DNA of 64,000 bases from Chrysomallon squamiferum (Eukaryota > Animalia > Mollusca). The stretch covers positions 36,022,001-36,086,000 of the forward strand of contig CM022670.1 of the NCBI GenBank assembly GCA_012295275.1. The letters run 5' to 3'. Made by a program: the position numbers and the translations under genes. Of this stretch, positions 1-11,460 are shown piece by piece. The notes below the pieces were generated by a model. That model was not told where the DNA came from and did not search any database. It saw only the letters and a list, made by a program, of their open reading frames with translations. Within the stretch, counting starts at the first letter, position 1, and each line of letters begins with the position of its first letter.

Positions 1-797
1 TACTTTAATTCAGTTTACGTTTTTGGCAACAACATGATGTATATATGCTATATGCGGGTTATTTCTTTTTTATATTTAAATGTACTTGATTTTACGACGA
101 AAGCTATCTTAATCTTTTGTTGACAAAAATTATTTTCATCACGTGATCTCTGTCTCTACACAAGTCTTGATTTTCAGACCCTGCTGTTGTTTCTATTTGT
201 GTTAGAGGATATTGTAGTTTGAACTGCGAAGCGAAAGTAGAAATCTTTACGTTCCATTTAATTCTTCAAATGTTTTACAGTACAAGTATATATATATATA
301 TATATATATATATGTGATTATTAATTATTATCATGTAGTACATCAACATTTTGTTTCTACTAAGAATAAATGCATGGTATTAAAGGAGTTATGACTGAGT
401 GACTTTGAAAGCAGAAATTTTGAAGTAAATTTAACTAATATTTATCTTTTTCTATTTAAACCGTCTTATAAATATACTTTTTTTTTTTTTTTTTTTTTGT
501 GTTGTTGAAACTTTGTTATTTCCAAGTTTTATGTGTTTTATCTTGAGAGAGTCTCTTTCAGATATTATTGTTTTGTGCTGAAGGATTTCCCTCAACTATC
601 TTTACAAGAACGTTAATCTTTCATTGACTCTGTCACAGGGAGTTATGCCCCCTGAAAAAAGACGTCCATTCCTTTGGCTAATTTGACTCTCCTTTTAACA
701 TGGTTATAAGCCTTTCATACATTAGTCACATAAATATATTTTTATGTTTTCGTTATATTTTCTTCAAGTAATTCAGTGTGGATATGTGTATTTGATT

Positions 798-1452
798 CTA
801 GGGAAAAAAAGTATCAGGAAAAAGTCAGAGAACAAAATAACAGAAGACAAAAGGCACAGCGAAAAAGTTACAATTTTTAATTAAGGTAACAAATGGAAGA
901 TAGATTAAACAGATTTTGTCAGAGGTTTTTGTTAATGTTCTTTGTTTTTAATTTGAGTGCATTAGGCAGATGTTCCACTCAATACCACGATGAAATCTGA
1001 CAATTACAACTAGATCTTTTGCATGTTTGTTATACATGAACCCCTCATAAAATATTTTGTTACCACCCTTACTGCTATGAATAACTTCCTTATTAAACAT
1101 ACTTCTGATACTAGAGGAAACTGGAGAATATACAGTGAAACACATTTTAACCTGGGACATTTTATAAATCTTTTACAATAGGAAGCCCTTAGTTTAAATC
1201 TATCCTAATCAGTAAGCAAGAGCTAATCCTGCCAAACTGATCCTAATTAATAAGTGTAGCAAGTCGCCATCCCTGCACAATATGAAGCCCCTTTCTTCAG
1301 TCTAGCCTAATCAATAAGTTTAACAATTACCCCATGCATACTATGATGCTACATTCAATACTCTACAAACCCATAGATAATGACTTTTTTCCTGTGATTT
1401 ATTTTCCTATACTAAATTGTGACTTTTTTCTGTGACTTTTTTCCCAGCCACC
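798..1452 (-). mobile_element. Non-autonomous Mutator/Phantom-like element with repetitive inverted termini and a FLYWCH-like fragment
   Basis: The left end has repeated GGAAAAAGTCA-like units (800-875). The right end has their inverse, TGACTTTTTTCC/TGTGACTTTTTT (1380-1447). The internal minus ORF 948-1160 has VIHSSKGGNKIFYEGFMYNKH, resembling the start of a FLYWCH zinc finger. Confidence 0.55.
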
Positions 1453-1574
1453 GTTTATTCCTGAAATATGTTTGTAGGTCAAAGAAGTTCTAATCAACTG
1501 CTATACCGTGTAATTTGCATACTGCTGTAAATATTTTACGTAGTTGATATATGGTGGATATACAAAGAGACGAA

Positions 1575-1882
1575 GCAAGGGCGGGGTGAGGGAGCAGTTA
1601 TTCTCGGGTGCAGGTATAAAGAAGTGCAATATTTTTTTATTTTTTTTTTTTTTTTTTTAAATGCCTGTTAAAATTATGTTCACTTTTCTATCATACGTAA
1701 CATCCTTGTTTCTGGGCGCGATGATAATGGACTTTAATTTTGGCCAGGTAGAAATGGTAATTGATTGTTATTTCAGAGAATAAACTTACAAAATATATAT
1801 AATAAAACATTCCACGGATAAGTCAAGTGGGTACGCCAAAATTGTATTCGCCCAAGGACGCCAAGAACCCAATCTATACCTT
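1575..1882. mobile_element. Possible decayed hAT-type MITE remnant
   Basis: GC-rich ends (AGGGCGGGGTGAGG...; ...GGGTACGCCAAA..CGCCCAAGGACGCCAA) resemble small hAT-derived elements. The segment is absent from the second duplicated copy. No clean TIR or target-site duplication seen. Confidence 0.3.
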
Positions 1883-3651
1883 GAATATATTATATATAAT
1901 ATAGTGTGGAAGCAAAAAACAAACAACAAAAAAACGACCTGAACTTTATCAGCTCATTTCACAAAAAAGCATTTTAAAGTTTCTAAAAATGTACATAAAG
2001 ACATTGTTATTGTCCGTTATTAACCAAAATTTCAAATTATAATTTCTATTAGTTTTTACATAAGGCCCGAATCAAATATTAAATCGAAAATCGCTGCCAT
2101 CAACGGACATTTATCTCTTTAATCATTTAAATGTTTAGCAAGTTTCAAAAGACCGTTTTGAGGTATTTACTTATTTATTTATTTATTTTTGTGTGTTATT
2201 TATTTTTTTATTTTTTTTTTTTTTTTTTTTTTTTTACCTGCATAAACACATATTTCCTAATGAGTTTTTAGTAAAAAAAAATTAAAATAAAATAACTTTT
2301 TCTATTTTTCTACAAATAATTATTTATAACAGGTCTGCATCAGATCCAGTAACGTTAGAAATCTGCAAGCACGTGATCTACTGGGGATTTTGTAGGTTAT
2401 TCGTTTGTTCTTGTTTTTGTTTATCTGTTATATTTGATGATTGTATATTTATACCGTAACAGTAACAGTAAACAATATTTTATACGAGCGACATTATTAT
2501 TATTTTTATTTTTGTTGTTGTTTGTTTGTTTGTTTTTCCTCAAAGATGCTATATATTATTTACTGATCTTTTCTTTTGGTTAATTTGTTGAGGCTCCTTT
2601 TACATTATTTTTTTATTTTGTAAATATACATAATATGTACACTTTTTCCTACTTCTTTCTATTTATTTATTTTGTATTTGTGTCAGAATACAGAACTATA
2701 TAACACAAGTATCAATGTTCTTTGACAGCTGAATAAAATATATTTTAAAAAGGCATCAGTCTGTATTTTCATAAAATGTCATGTGTGAATTTATTTACAG
2801 TTTGTCATTAAGATACTTTTATATTCAGTACTGTGTATTCTTTTATTTCTCTTCCTTTTTAAATCTTCCTGAAACGTTGAAAGCCAATAGATCTGTGATA
2901 ATGAACTATTTTTACAAGAATAAATTTCTGGTCACATTTATTTGGTTGTTTGTGCATTAAATTGGAATTAGTCTTAAGACCTTCAATATTCAAACATACA
3001 TGTTAGAAAAACCTGGTGTGACAATCAGGTCCTACTTGCTTTTATAACGTTTTGTCATGCTTAATATTTTGATCATCTTACTTAAAGTAACCCAAATAAT
3101 ATTTCGAATCATGACATTCCAGTATGCTGTTACGTTAAAGTTTCTGTTACACTACTATTTGTATATATGTATATATATATGTATGTATGTATGTATGCAT
3201 ACACACACACAGACACACACACATAACGATACTTGGATACCATTAAGATGATATTAAAGCCCGTGAAATATAATCTAGCTATTATCGTTTGTAAGTCCAT
3301 CATTCATGAAAAAAATAATCAACATAAAGTAATCAGTCTTTATTCATTTTTTTCTTTCCCTTCATCATCATCATTATTTTTTTATTTTTTTTTTTTCTTA
3401 CATTAATGTTTTGAATTAATAAAACAATAATTATATAAGATATCTTAATATTTTTATTAAAGTCAACAAAAAAATATTTTCATCACGTGATCTGTCCCTA
3501 CAAAAGTCATGATTTTCAGAGATTTATTGTTGTTTCACAATTTGTATTAGAGGAATTGACAGTGAGAACTGCGAAGCGAAAGTAGAAATCATTAAGTTCC
3601 ATTTAATTCCCTCAAAAAACATTTTAAAAGAAAAAAATCATATATAATTAC

Positions 3652-3687
<36 letters not shown>

Positions 3688-4454
3688 CATCAAATGTAAT
3701 GCATCAACATTTTCTATTTAAACCCATCTTCAAATATAATTTTTTTGTTGACGAAAAACTTTATTATTTCCAAAATTTTTTTTACATATGCATGTATTTT
3801 AAACTAGAACGAGTTGTAATCAAACTAGAACTACACAAAGTTAGAGGAATTGCAGTGAGAACAGAAAGTAAAACACGTTCCAAGAACTTTCACAAAGTGA
3901 AAATATTATTAAAACGTATTATTAAATTATTATTATTATTATAAATGCCCATACATTTAGGGATTTAAAGGAAATTAACAGCAGAAGTAAAACATTTCTA
4001 AGAACTGTCACAAAGTGAAAATAGAAAAAGTTTCATTGAAATAAAGGTAATAACACGAAATATATTTACGGTTTGTATTGACAGTCCCAAGAATATTTCA
4101 GGCTAAGTTGGTTTATAATGTTTGTAATATTTTAAAGTTATGTTAAACAAACACTGGTTTATTGCTGACATATGATAACTGATATTATGTTGATTATAAA
4201 TTTGGTTCCTTAGTATAGTTACAGGAAGCAGTGTGCACAATAATTTAATTTATATATAATGTCAAGAGTGTATATGTATAATTATATAATATGTTATTCC
4301 TTTTCTTTCTTTCGCAAAATTAAAATATATATGTTATTAATTAACATTTCTGTTAAAAATTATGTGCACTTGTACATTGAGTAATGGCAATCTCTATTCT
4401 GGTTATAATCTATTAATGACTATTTAATCATACATACATGCACTATAATTTATG

Positions 4455-4981
4455 TATATCGTCTCGGTATGGGTTTTGACGCATCTTCGTTAAATAACAA
4501 GTGCGCATAAGCATGGACAAGATTTTGTTTAAGGAAATTTTTACCTACCAAATAAAGCAGTGCTTCCTATTCACAAGTTTGCGGTAAGATTAAACAATTA
4601 ACATAACCATATGACTAAAAGTACTGTTTTTCACAAGGCAATTTTTAGTCACAATCTTAACAAAACATTGCCGTCTGCTGACATTCAGAACACAATTAAA
4701 CAATCAGGCCACCACTACTTCAGTCTATTTTTATGAAACTCACGTACACGTCAAAACCCATACCGCATTAAAAAGGTAAGTATGCTTACACGTACTAACT
4801 AGATAGAAACAAAACTTGCAATATGTGGCCTATGTTGAATTTAATGTTTATCTTTTAATCATGTATATATATATAATATAACGTTATGTCTCTGTCAATA
4901 ATAAAAAGAAAAATATCGTTATTTTTGCACAACGCCAGATTTGTTGCTGATCTGCATCAAAACCGATACCAAGTGGATATA
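4455..4981. mobile_element. Putative MITE with ~30-bp terminal inverted repeats
   Basis: TATATCGTCTCGGTATGGGTTTTGACGCA (4455-4483) versus the inverse TGCATCAAAACCGATACCAAGTGGATATA (4953-4981). Non-coding interior, TA-rich flanks. Confidence 0.55.
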
Positions 4982-4984
4982 TAT

Positions 4985-5042
<58 letters not shown>
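4985..5042. repeat. (GATA)n microsatellite
   Basis: Perfect TAGA/GATA run. Confidence 0.9.
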
Positions 5043-5044
<2 letters not shown>

Positions 5045-7824
5045 ACAACAACAACAAAACGACGTGAACTTTATCAGCTCATATCACAAAAACAGCATTT
5101 TAAAATTTCTAAAAATGTACATAAAGACATTGATGTTGTCTGTTCTTGGCCAAAATTTCAAATTAAAATTTCTATTAGTTTTTACATAAGGCCCAAATCA
5201 AAATTAAATATCGAAAATCACATGAACGGACAACATTTATGTCGTTAATCATGTGAATGTTTAGAAAGTTTCAAAATGTCCGTTTTGAGATAACAGAGCG
5301 TTTAATTATTTTTTTTTTTTATGTATTATTTATTTTTGTGGGGATTTGGGGGGTGTATTGTTTGTTGTTTGTTTATGGGTTTTTTTTTTTACATGCCCGA
5401 TATACAGACATACATATTTCTTACTTAGTTTTTAGTAAACATTTTAAAATTAAAATAACCTTTTGTATTTTTTGCAAATAATTATTTATATCAGGCCTGC
5501 ACCAGATGCAATAACTTTAGAAATCTGCAAGCACGTGATTTATTTGGGATTTTGTAGGTTATTCGTTTGTTCTTGTTTTTGTTTATCTGTTGTATTTGAT
5601 AATTATATGATATTTATACCTTAACAGTAACAGTAAAGAATATTTTTTTAAGAGGGGCATTATTATTTTATTTTTATTTTTGCTTGTTTCTTTGTTTGTT
5701 TTTCCTGAAAGATATTATATATATTTACCGATCCTTCCTTTTTTTAATTTTTTTAATTTTTTGGTTACTTTGTTGAGGCTCCTTTTATATTATTATTGTA
5801 TTTTTTAAATATACATAATATGTACACTTTTTCGTTGTACTTCTTTCTATCTATTTATTTTGTATTGGTATCAGAATACTTAATTATATAAACGTTTTTG
5901 GCAGCTGCATGAAATATATTTTAAAAATCCATCAGTTTATATTTTTATAAAATTTCATATGTGAATTTATTTACTGTTTGTTATTAAAATACTTTTATAT
6001 TCAGTACTGTGTATTCTTTTATTTCTCTTCCTTTTTAAATCTTCCTGAAACGTTGAAAGCCGACAGTTGTGTAATGATTAACTATTATTATAAGGCATAA
6101 ATTTCTGATCACCTTTAATTGATTAATTGGTTATTAAAACGGAATTAGTCTTAAGAGCTTGGATATATATATATTAAGGGTTGAAATATCCTTTCTGTTT
6201 AAAAGTTTCCCTTCACTATAATGTTTTTTCACAGCAGAGATAGTATTAGTTACGTGTAAATGATATGAGGTTAAGCTGTGAAAGGTTTTGTGGGTGAAAG
6301 TACTTAAGGTGGATGGTCGTGAATGAAAGCTTCTAAAGATTACTAACCTATGACTGGGAAAGTTCTAACATGTTATAACAACCTGGTGTGACAACCAGGT
6401 CCTACTTGCTTTTATAACGTTTTGTCATGCTTAATAGTTTGATCATCTTACTTAAAGTAACCCAAATATTATTTCGAATCATGACATTCCAGTATGCTGT
6501 ACCGTTAAAATTTCTGTTATACCATCATATGTATGTTGTGTGTATGTATGTATGTATGTATGTATGTATGTATGTATGTATGTATGTACATACACACAAA
6601 CAAAACGATACTTGAAACCATTAAGATGATATTAAAACCCGTAAAATATAATCTAGCTATTATCGTTTGTAATTCCCCCATTCATGAAGAAATAATCCAC
6701 ATAAAGTAATTAACGTCTTTGTTAATTTTTCTTTTTCTTTCTTTCATCATCATCATTATCATCATTATTATTATTATTGTTGTTGTTGTTGTTGTTGTTT
6801 TGGTGGGTTTTTTTGCATTAATAAAACAATAATTATATAATGTATCAAAGCGGATAGTATTTAACGTGAGGTAAATTCAAAAGAAAAAAGATATATAACC
6901 GCTAACATAAAAGTCACGTACGTCGAGATTTATGCCTGTTTCTCAAAATACATAGTTCAGTATGTTGTCTTTTAGGCATAGCAGGGTTTTTTTTTAAAAA
7001 AGGATTTGACTGTGTGTGAAAAAGTACAGACAATGTTGTTTATACCGTATCAGGATGCTATTCCAAAACCCCTTAGTTTATTCTTAAGAATGAACAAAAT
7101 TTGGTTTGTGAAATGAAGTAGAAAGTGTTAAATGCCATAGTTTACCTGATAGGTAAAACATTTCCACAGAACATCATCAATACAATCGGTTAAACAAAAA
7201 CGATTTACAATAGCTTTGTATTAACAACTAAATTCAGCACTGGTATAAACCACTCATCCAGAATATCTGTCGGGCATACTGTAGTATGTGTTACACGAAT
7301 GTTTTGAAATAATAATTATTTATAATATAGATTTATTTTTCTTTCCTCTTCATTAATTTTCAACAAAGATTCAGCCACCATCGAACGTACCGTCAATGTG
7401 CAGACGACTTTAAAATTTCATAGTTAACAAAAGTTATGTCTGGCGAAAACAGACACCGACAACTGAATAAAAAAGCTTGTACCATAATTACGGAACAAGA
7501 AGCGGTTGTTTTCGACAAAATGACAACTGATGCATGCAGCGTAAAATTATTGCTAAGGTCCGACCTAAGAGAATCTGACTAAACGCTTTGTTTGTTTATA
7601 CAATTGTTTACAGACACCCCAGCTCATTGAATATCACTAAAGGAAGAAAAAACCTACAAAAAAACCCCCACAATTATTTAAAATACGTCAGTATAAATAC
7701 CTGACTTACAGACTGTAAGTGTATACGTATGTGTATATGTATATGTATATGTATACATACAAATAATAGTTATCACAGACACTTAGATTTCTTATAAAAA
7801 ATACAAATAGATACTATCAGAAAT

Positions 7825-8775
7825 ATTTTTTTTAAATTTATTATAAAATGCAGTTGGTTTTAGAACATTTAAAATCAGATGTGGATGAAACCTAAACGAC
7901 TTCCATCTCATTCTATTACAAAAATACATTGTCTGTAACTGGTTTTAGGCTGAACAGTCCAGCACAAAATGACGGACTGTCATGGCTGTCACACTGAGGT
8001 GGGGCATGCTTTTTCAAAATAAAATTATATATGTTAAATCAGCATGACCAATACGAGAACGACACAAGACAACTTAATCCTTTTTTGACCGTCTGTGGGA
8101 GGACTGCCAATCTCCCAATAGTGGCTTGAGTGAATACAGCTTGTTCGCTCCTGCATTGTTCCAGTAACTTTGCCTTTTGGTGAAAATGTGTTTATTAATA
8201 CCTTGTTTAAACTCAATATATGAAATACCCATATTGCATGAGGAAAATTCAAAAAAACAGTCTTAGCAGACAGTTCTGGCTTTTCATTGTTCCTGAAACC
8301 ACCTGACTTGGTACCCAACAAAATACAACATGTTTTTTAGGTGACAAAAAGACATACTTATGTATCACTATCCAATTAAGAGATGTTCCACCCTCGTTTT
8401 TTCCCCCTAATCTTACTCACCCTATTCCAGACAGATTTACATGAAGTTATAGAAAAAATGTTTCCAAGAAGACGTCTTACTGTGTTTTATCTCTTTAGTC
8501 CTAGCAAGGCGATAGTTATCCAGGTTATCCTTGGTAGTTTCTCGCTTAAACCGTACGAGGACAATTTCGCTTTTTTAATTGCATTTTTACCCGCAATGTG
8601 TTGTTAAAACATGGATTCTTGAACAGTTTTGGAACTGTCGAAGTCTTAGGTATAGTTTCGTCTGCAATGTTTTTCAAGACAGAAGTAATCAAAGACATCA
8701 GATCGATCATCAGCATCAACAGTGTCAGATTGTTGAAGGTTAATGCTGCAGAGATGTCGAAATTCATCCCAGTCT
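7825..8775 (-). mobile_element. Degenerate non-LTR retrotransposon (I/Nimb-like LINE) ORF2 fragments: APE-RT linker joined to RNase H and C-terminal Cys/His motif
   Basis: Frameshifted minus-strand translation DWDEFRHLC..LKNIADETIPKTSTVPK..NP(W)F..NAIKKR..NLDNYRLAR..SKTSSW..KSVWNRVSKIRGK (8775-8400), then VVFCWVPS..NEK..AK (~8325-8265), NKLYSLKPLLGDW and VVLCRSRIGHADLT..PPQC..TVRHFVLDC (~8075-7950). These motifs are typical of RNase H-bearing I-clade LINEs. Confidence 0.8.
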
Positions 8776-9761
8776 GTAATTATTGTGAAATAAAAAGGTC
8801 ACTTTATTAAATTAATGCTTAACTAACCCTCAGTACCTTTGGTCATTAGTTCGTTAGTGTAATTCGTACATTTGTTGAGACATGAAACCTGCTGCTCCAA
8901 CTGTTTGGGCTATTCTTAACAAAAACAAGATTCTTTTATATCCTCACAAAAAAAACATAGACAGAACAATGATAATGATAATAATAATAAACAAACGTAT
9001 CATTGCAGCTAGGATCAAGACATTGGGCACTAAATGAAACGGAAAAGTTTCAAGATAAGTAAGTATCTAACTACAATGTCACAATATTAACCTATTATTC
9101 AGCCTGGTTCTCTAATATGACGGAAACAACAATACAACAATACGATATAGAGACAATTACAAACAAAGTTTAAAAAAAATAAATAAAAGAAAACCAATTT
9201 TAAAAAAATAATAACACAAAAAACAACGACATAACTTTAATTTTAAATCGCTAGGGACAACAACAGCAGCAATTAAAAAATAAATTGTATGTTGGAACAC
9301 ATAAGAATAGAAAACGTAGTATTAAAGTAATCAAATCAAGGTAAGACTTGTAATTATAGTCTTAAAAATAGGTCCATAACTTATCCATTTTAAGCTATTT
9401 CTTCTTATACTTCTCTTGTTATCGAATTCCTCAGCAATGATATGTAACCGTAAATAAAACATCTTGAGTACGTCGTTTAAATATAACATTTTTGTATGTC
9501 CTAGCTATTAGTCTTACTACTTTTTTTCCCCTGAAATAGTTTATACACAAGACTATTCACTGTTATGCTTTTGCTACAAATCTTGTTTGCCTATGCAAAG
9601 TGTTCATGTCAGTGGTTTGAAGTGTTGGGATGGTTCGAAATCCTGGTATTCAAAAGTCGTTAAAACCGGATATATTATCTGGTTAACTGAACAACTCTTT
9701 TCCGGTTTAAAGTATATATATGTGTGAAAATCAGTAGTATCGACAGAACGTTTAGATATCG

Positions 9762-9796
<35 letters not shown>

Positions 9797-10367
9797 GATA
9801 TCTTTTACAGTTTTGTTTTGATTGCCTGCACGTGCAAAGTGTTATATAATGGTAAATATGGCATCCTTCGAATTTAAACATTTGTAGATTATTTGCGGAG
9901 TTATTGTCAGCAAAGGTGTACTTCCATAGTATGTCAATAACTTGTAACCGTTGTATTTGTGTTTGTTTTTTAAAGTTCTACATAATAAACAGTATTTCAC
10001 AACAACAAAAAATTATCAAAACCGTAAACTTGAGCGTGTATTTGATTGCACGTGAATAATTGAATTTTGAAGACCAAGTTAGAATATAATAGATAAAAAT
10101 GTACTGCTACTACTATTACTGGTATTATTATTACTTATTGATATTATTGTTGATGTTGTTGTTGTTGTTTAGTAGTTGTTGTTTTAAATATAACAACTGT
10201 AACAACATTAACAAAGTAGAAAGTATAACATACGCTTTGAAATCGAAGAAAAATGTATGTATGATATAATTTTAGGGCTTTTATGTAATTTTCATATGTT
10301 CTTAACATCAAGAAATACTCAAATATAAACTATAATACAGATATTAACAGATTTTAAAATTTACAAA

Positions 10368-10442
<75 letters not shown>
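10368..10442. repeat. (AAT)n followed by (TTA)n microsatellite
   Basis: Visible directly in the sequence. Confidence 0.85.
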
Positions 10443-10443
<1 letters not shown>

Positions 10444-10559
10444 AAACAAATAATAATAATAAATAGCCACTTTTAGATCGGTAATCTTAAATTAATTAAT
10501 CTGTAAAACAACCTAATTACCAATCTATTTCTATTGCATTTCAGATTAATTATTATTAA

Positions 10560-10687
10560 TCGGGTCTGCCTACATTCCAGCTCTAGGCAACCCGTTGATT
10601 GTGAAAGTAGTAATCACGTGACAGAGTACTTTTAAGACCGAGCGCATGCGCCAGCAGACAGCACTAGTTACTTTCAGAAGCGTCAAA
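10560..10687 (+). promoter_or_regulatory. MIEAP proximal promoter with NRF1, E-box/CLEAR-like and RFX half-site motifs
   Basis: GCGCATGCGC at 10642-10651 (NRF1 consensus), TCACGTGAC at 10614-10622 and CTAGGCAAC at 10583-10591, all in a CpG-richer patch just upstream of the ATG. Confidence 0.6.
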
Positions 10688-11382
10688 ATGGCCGAGTCGT
10701 TAAGAAGGTTGGTAAATATCGGAACATTTACTGTTCTCCAAGACAAATTGGAAAGATGGCTACAGGATTATTATGTAAGTTCTGATTATTTATATTTCAT
10801 TTGAGTAAATTAGATATCTGTATGCCCAGTCATTTCCACTTGTAAAGTAATTAAACGCACTGTGACGCTTTTAGATGGTTGTCAAGGTTTCTGATATTTT
10901 TTTCCCCATGTATGGATATTTTGTGCACTGCAAATTTTATATTGTATGTCATGCGCAATTAATAATTATTTATGATAAAATAATATACATGTAACCTAAT
11001 TATTTTAAAATATCAATGGTGAAACTAATTTTAAAACGTATACCGCCTTTAATAAAACCGGTTCAGACGAGCAATTTTATTTCAGTGCATTTCTGGGTTG
11101 GCCGCAGTATATTGGAAAAGTTCCAATTTGTTTTATTCACGTTCTTTGATTATATTTGTTATTTTTACAGTGGATTGGAATTTATGATTAAACAAAAAGA
11201 AAAAATCTTACTTCTCAGACAACGTATCAGATAAAATTACTATTTGCATGAAATAACAAGATGAATATAATTCCTGACATTTAAAATAGTGTGCGTTTTT
11301 ATTTCAAATAGACGGCTACAAAAAGAGGATTTTATGGTTATTGAGGTGTTATTTACGACCAGCATATAAAACGTATTTAATG

Positions 11383-11416
<34 letters not shown>

Positions 11417-11429
11417 GTAAATATATATA

Positions 11430-11460
<31 letters not shown>

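Larger units (their letters stand above)
121..3780 (+). repeat. Second duplicated block: ~121-530 repeated at ~3463-3780
   Basis: Shared TTTTCATCACGTGATCT..GAACTGCGAAGCGAAAGTAGAAATC..GTTCCATTTAATTC and TTTCTATTTAAACC..TTATTTCCAA. Confidence 0.85.
1915..6845 (+). repeat. Direct segmental duplication: ~1915-3450 repeated at ~5042-6845 (second copy has a ~190-bp insertion at ~6178-6365)
   Basis: Long colinear matches, e.g. GAACTTTATCAGCTC, GAAATCTGCAAGCACGTGAT, CTTCCTGAAACGTTGAAAGCC, CAGGTCCTACTTGCTTTTATAACG. The near-identical spurious ORFs 3057-3251 and 6427-6615 lie in the two copies. Confidence 0.9.

Noticed and set aside
3057-6615. Two homologous ORFs (3057-3251 and 6427-6615) suggesting a small gene family
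   Set aside because: The similarity comes from the DNA duplication. Both run into microsatellites and show no coding signature.
6848-7730. CpG-richer stretch ending in a short palindrome (ACTTACAGACTGTAAGT, ~7704-7720), possible Helitron-like element
   Set aside because: No diagnostic termini or coding relic could be established by eye, so it is left unclassified.
9605-9650. tRNA-like B box (GGTTCGAAATCC)
   Set aside because: No cloverleaf can be formed. At most a decayed SINE head, too weak to call.
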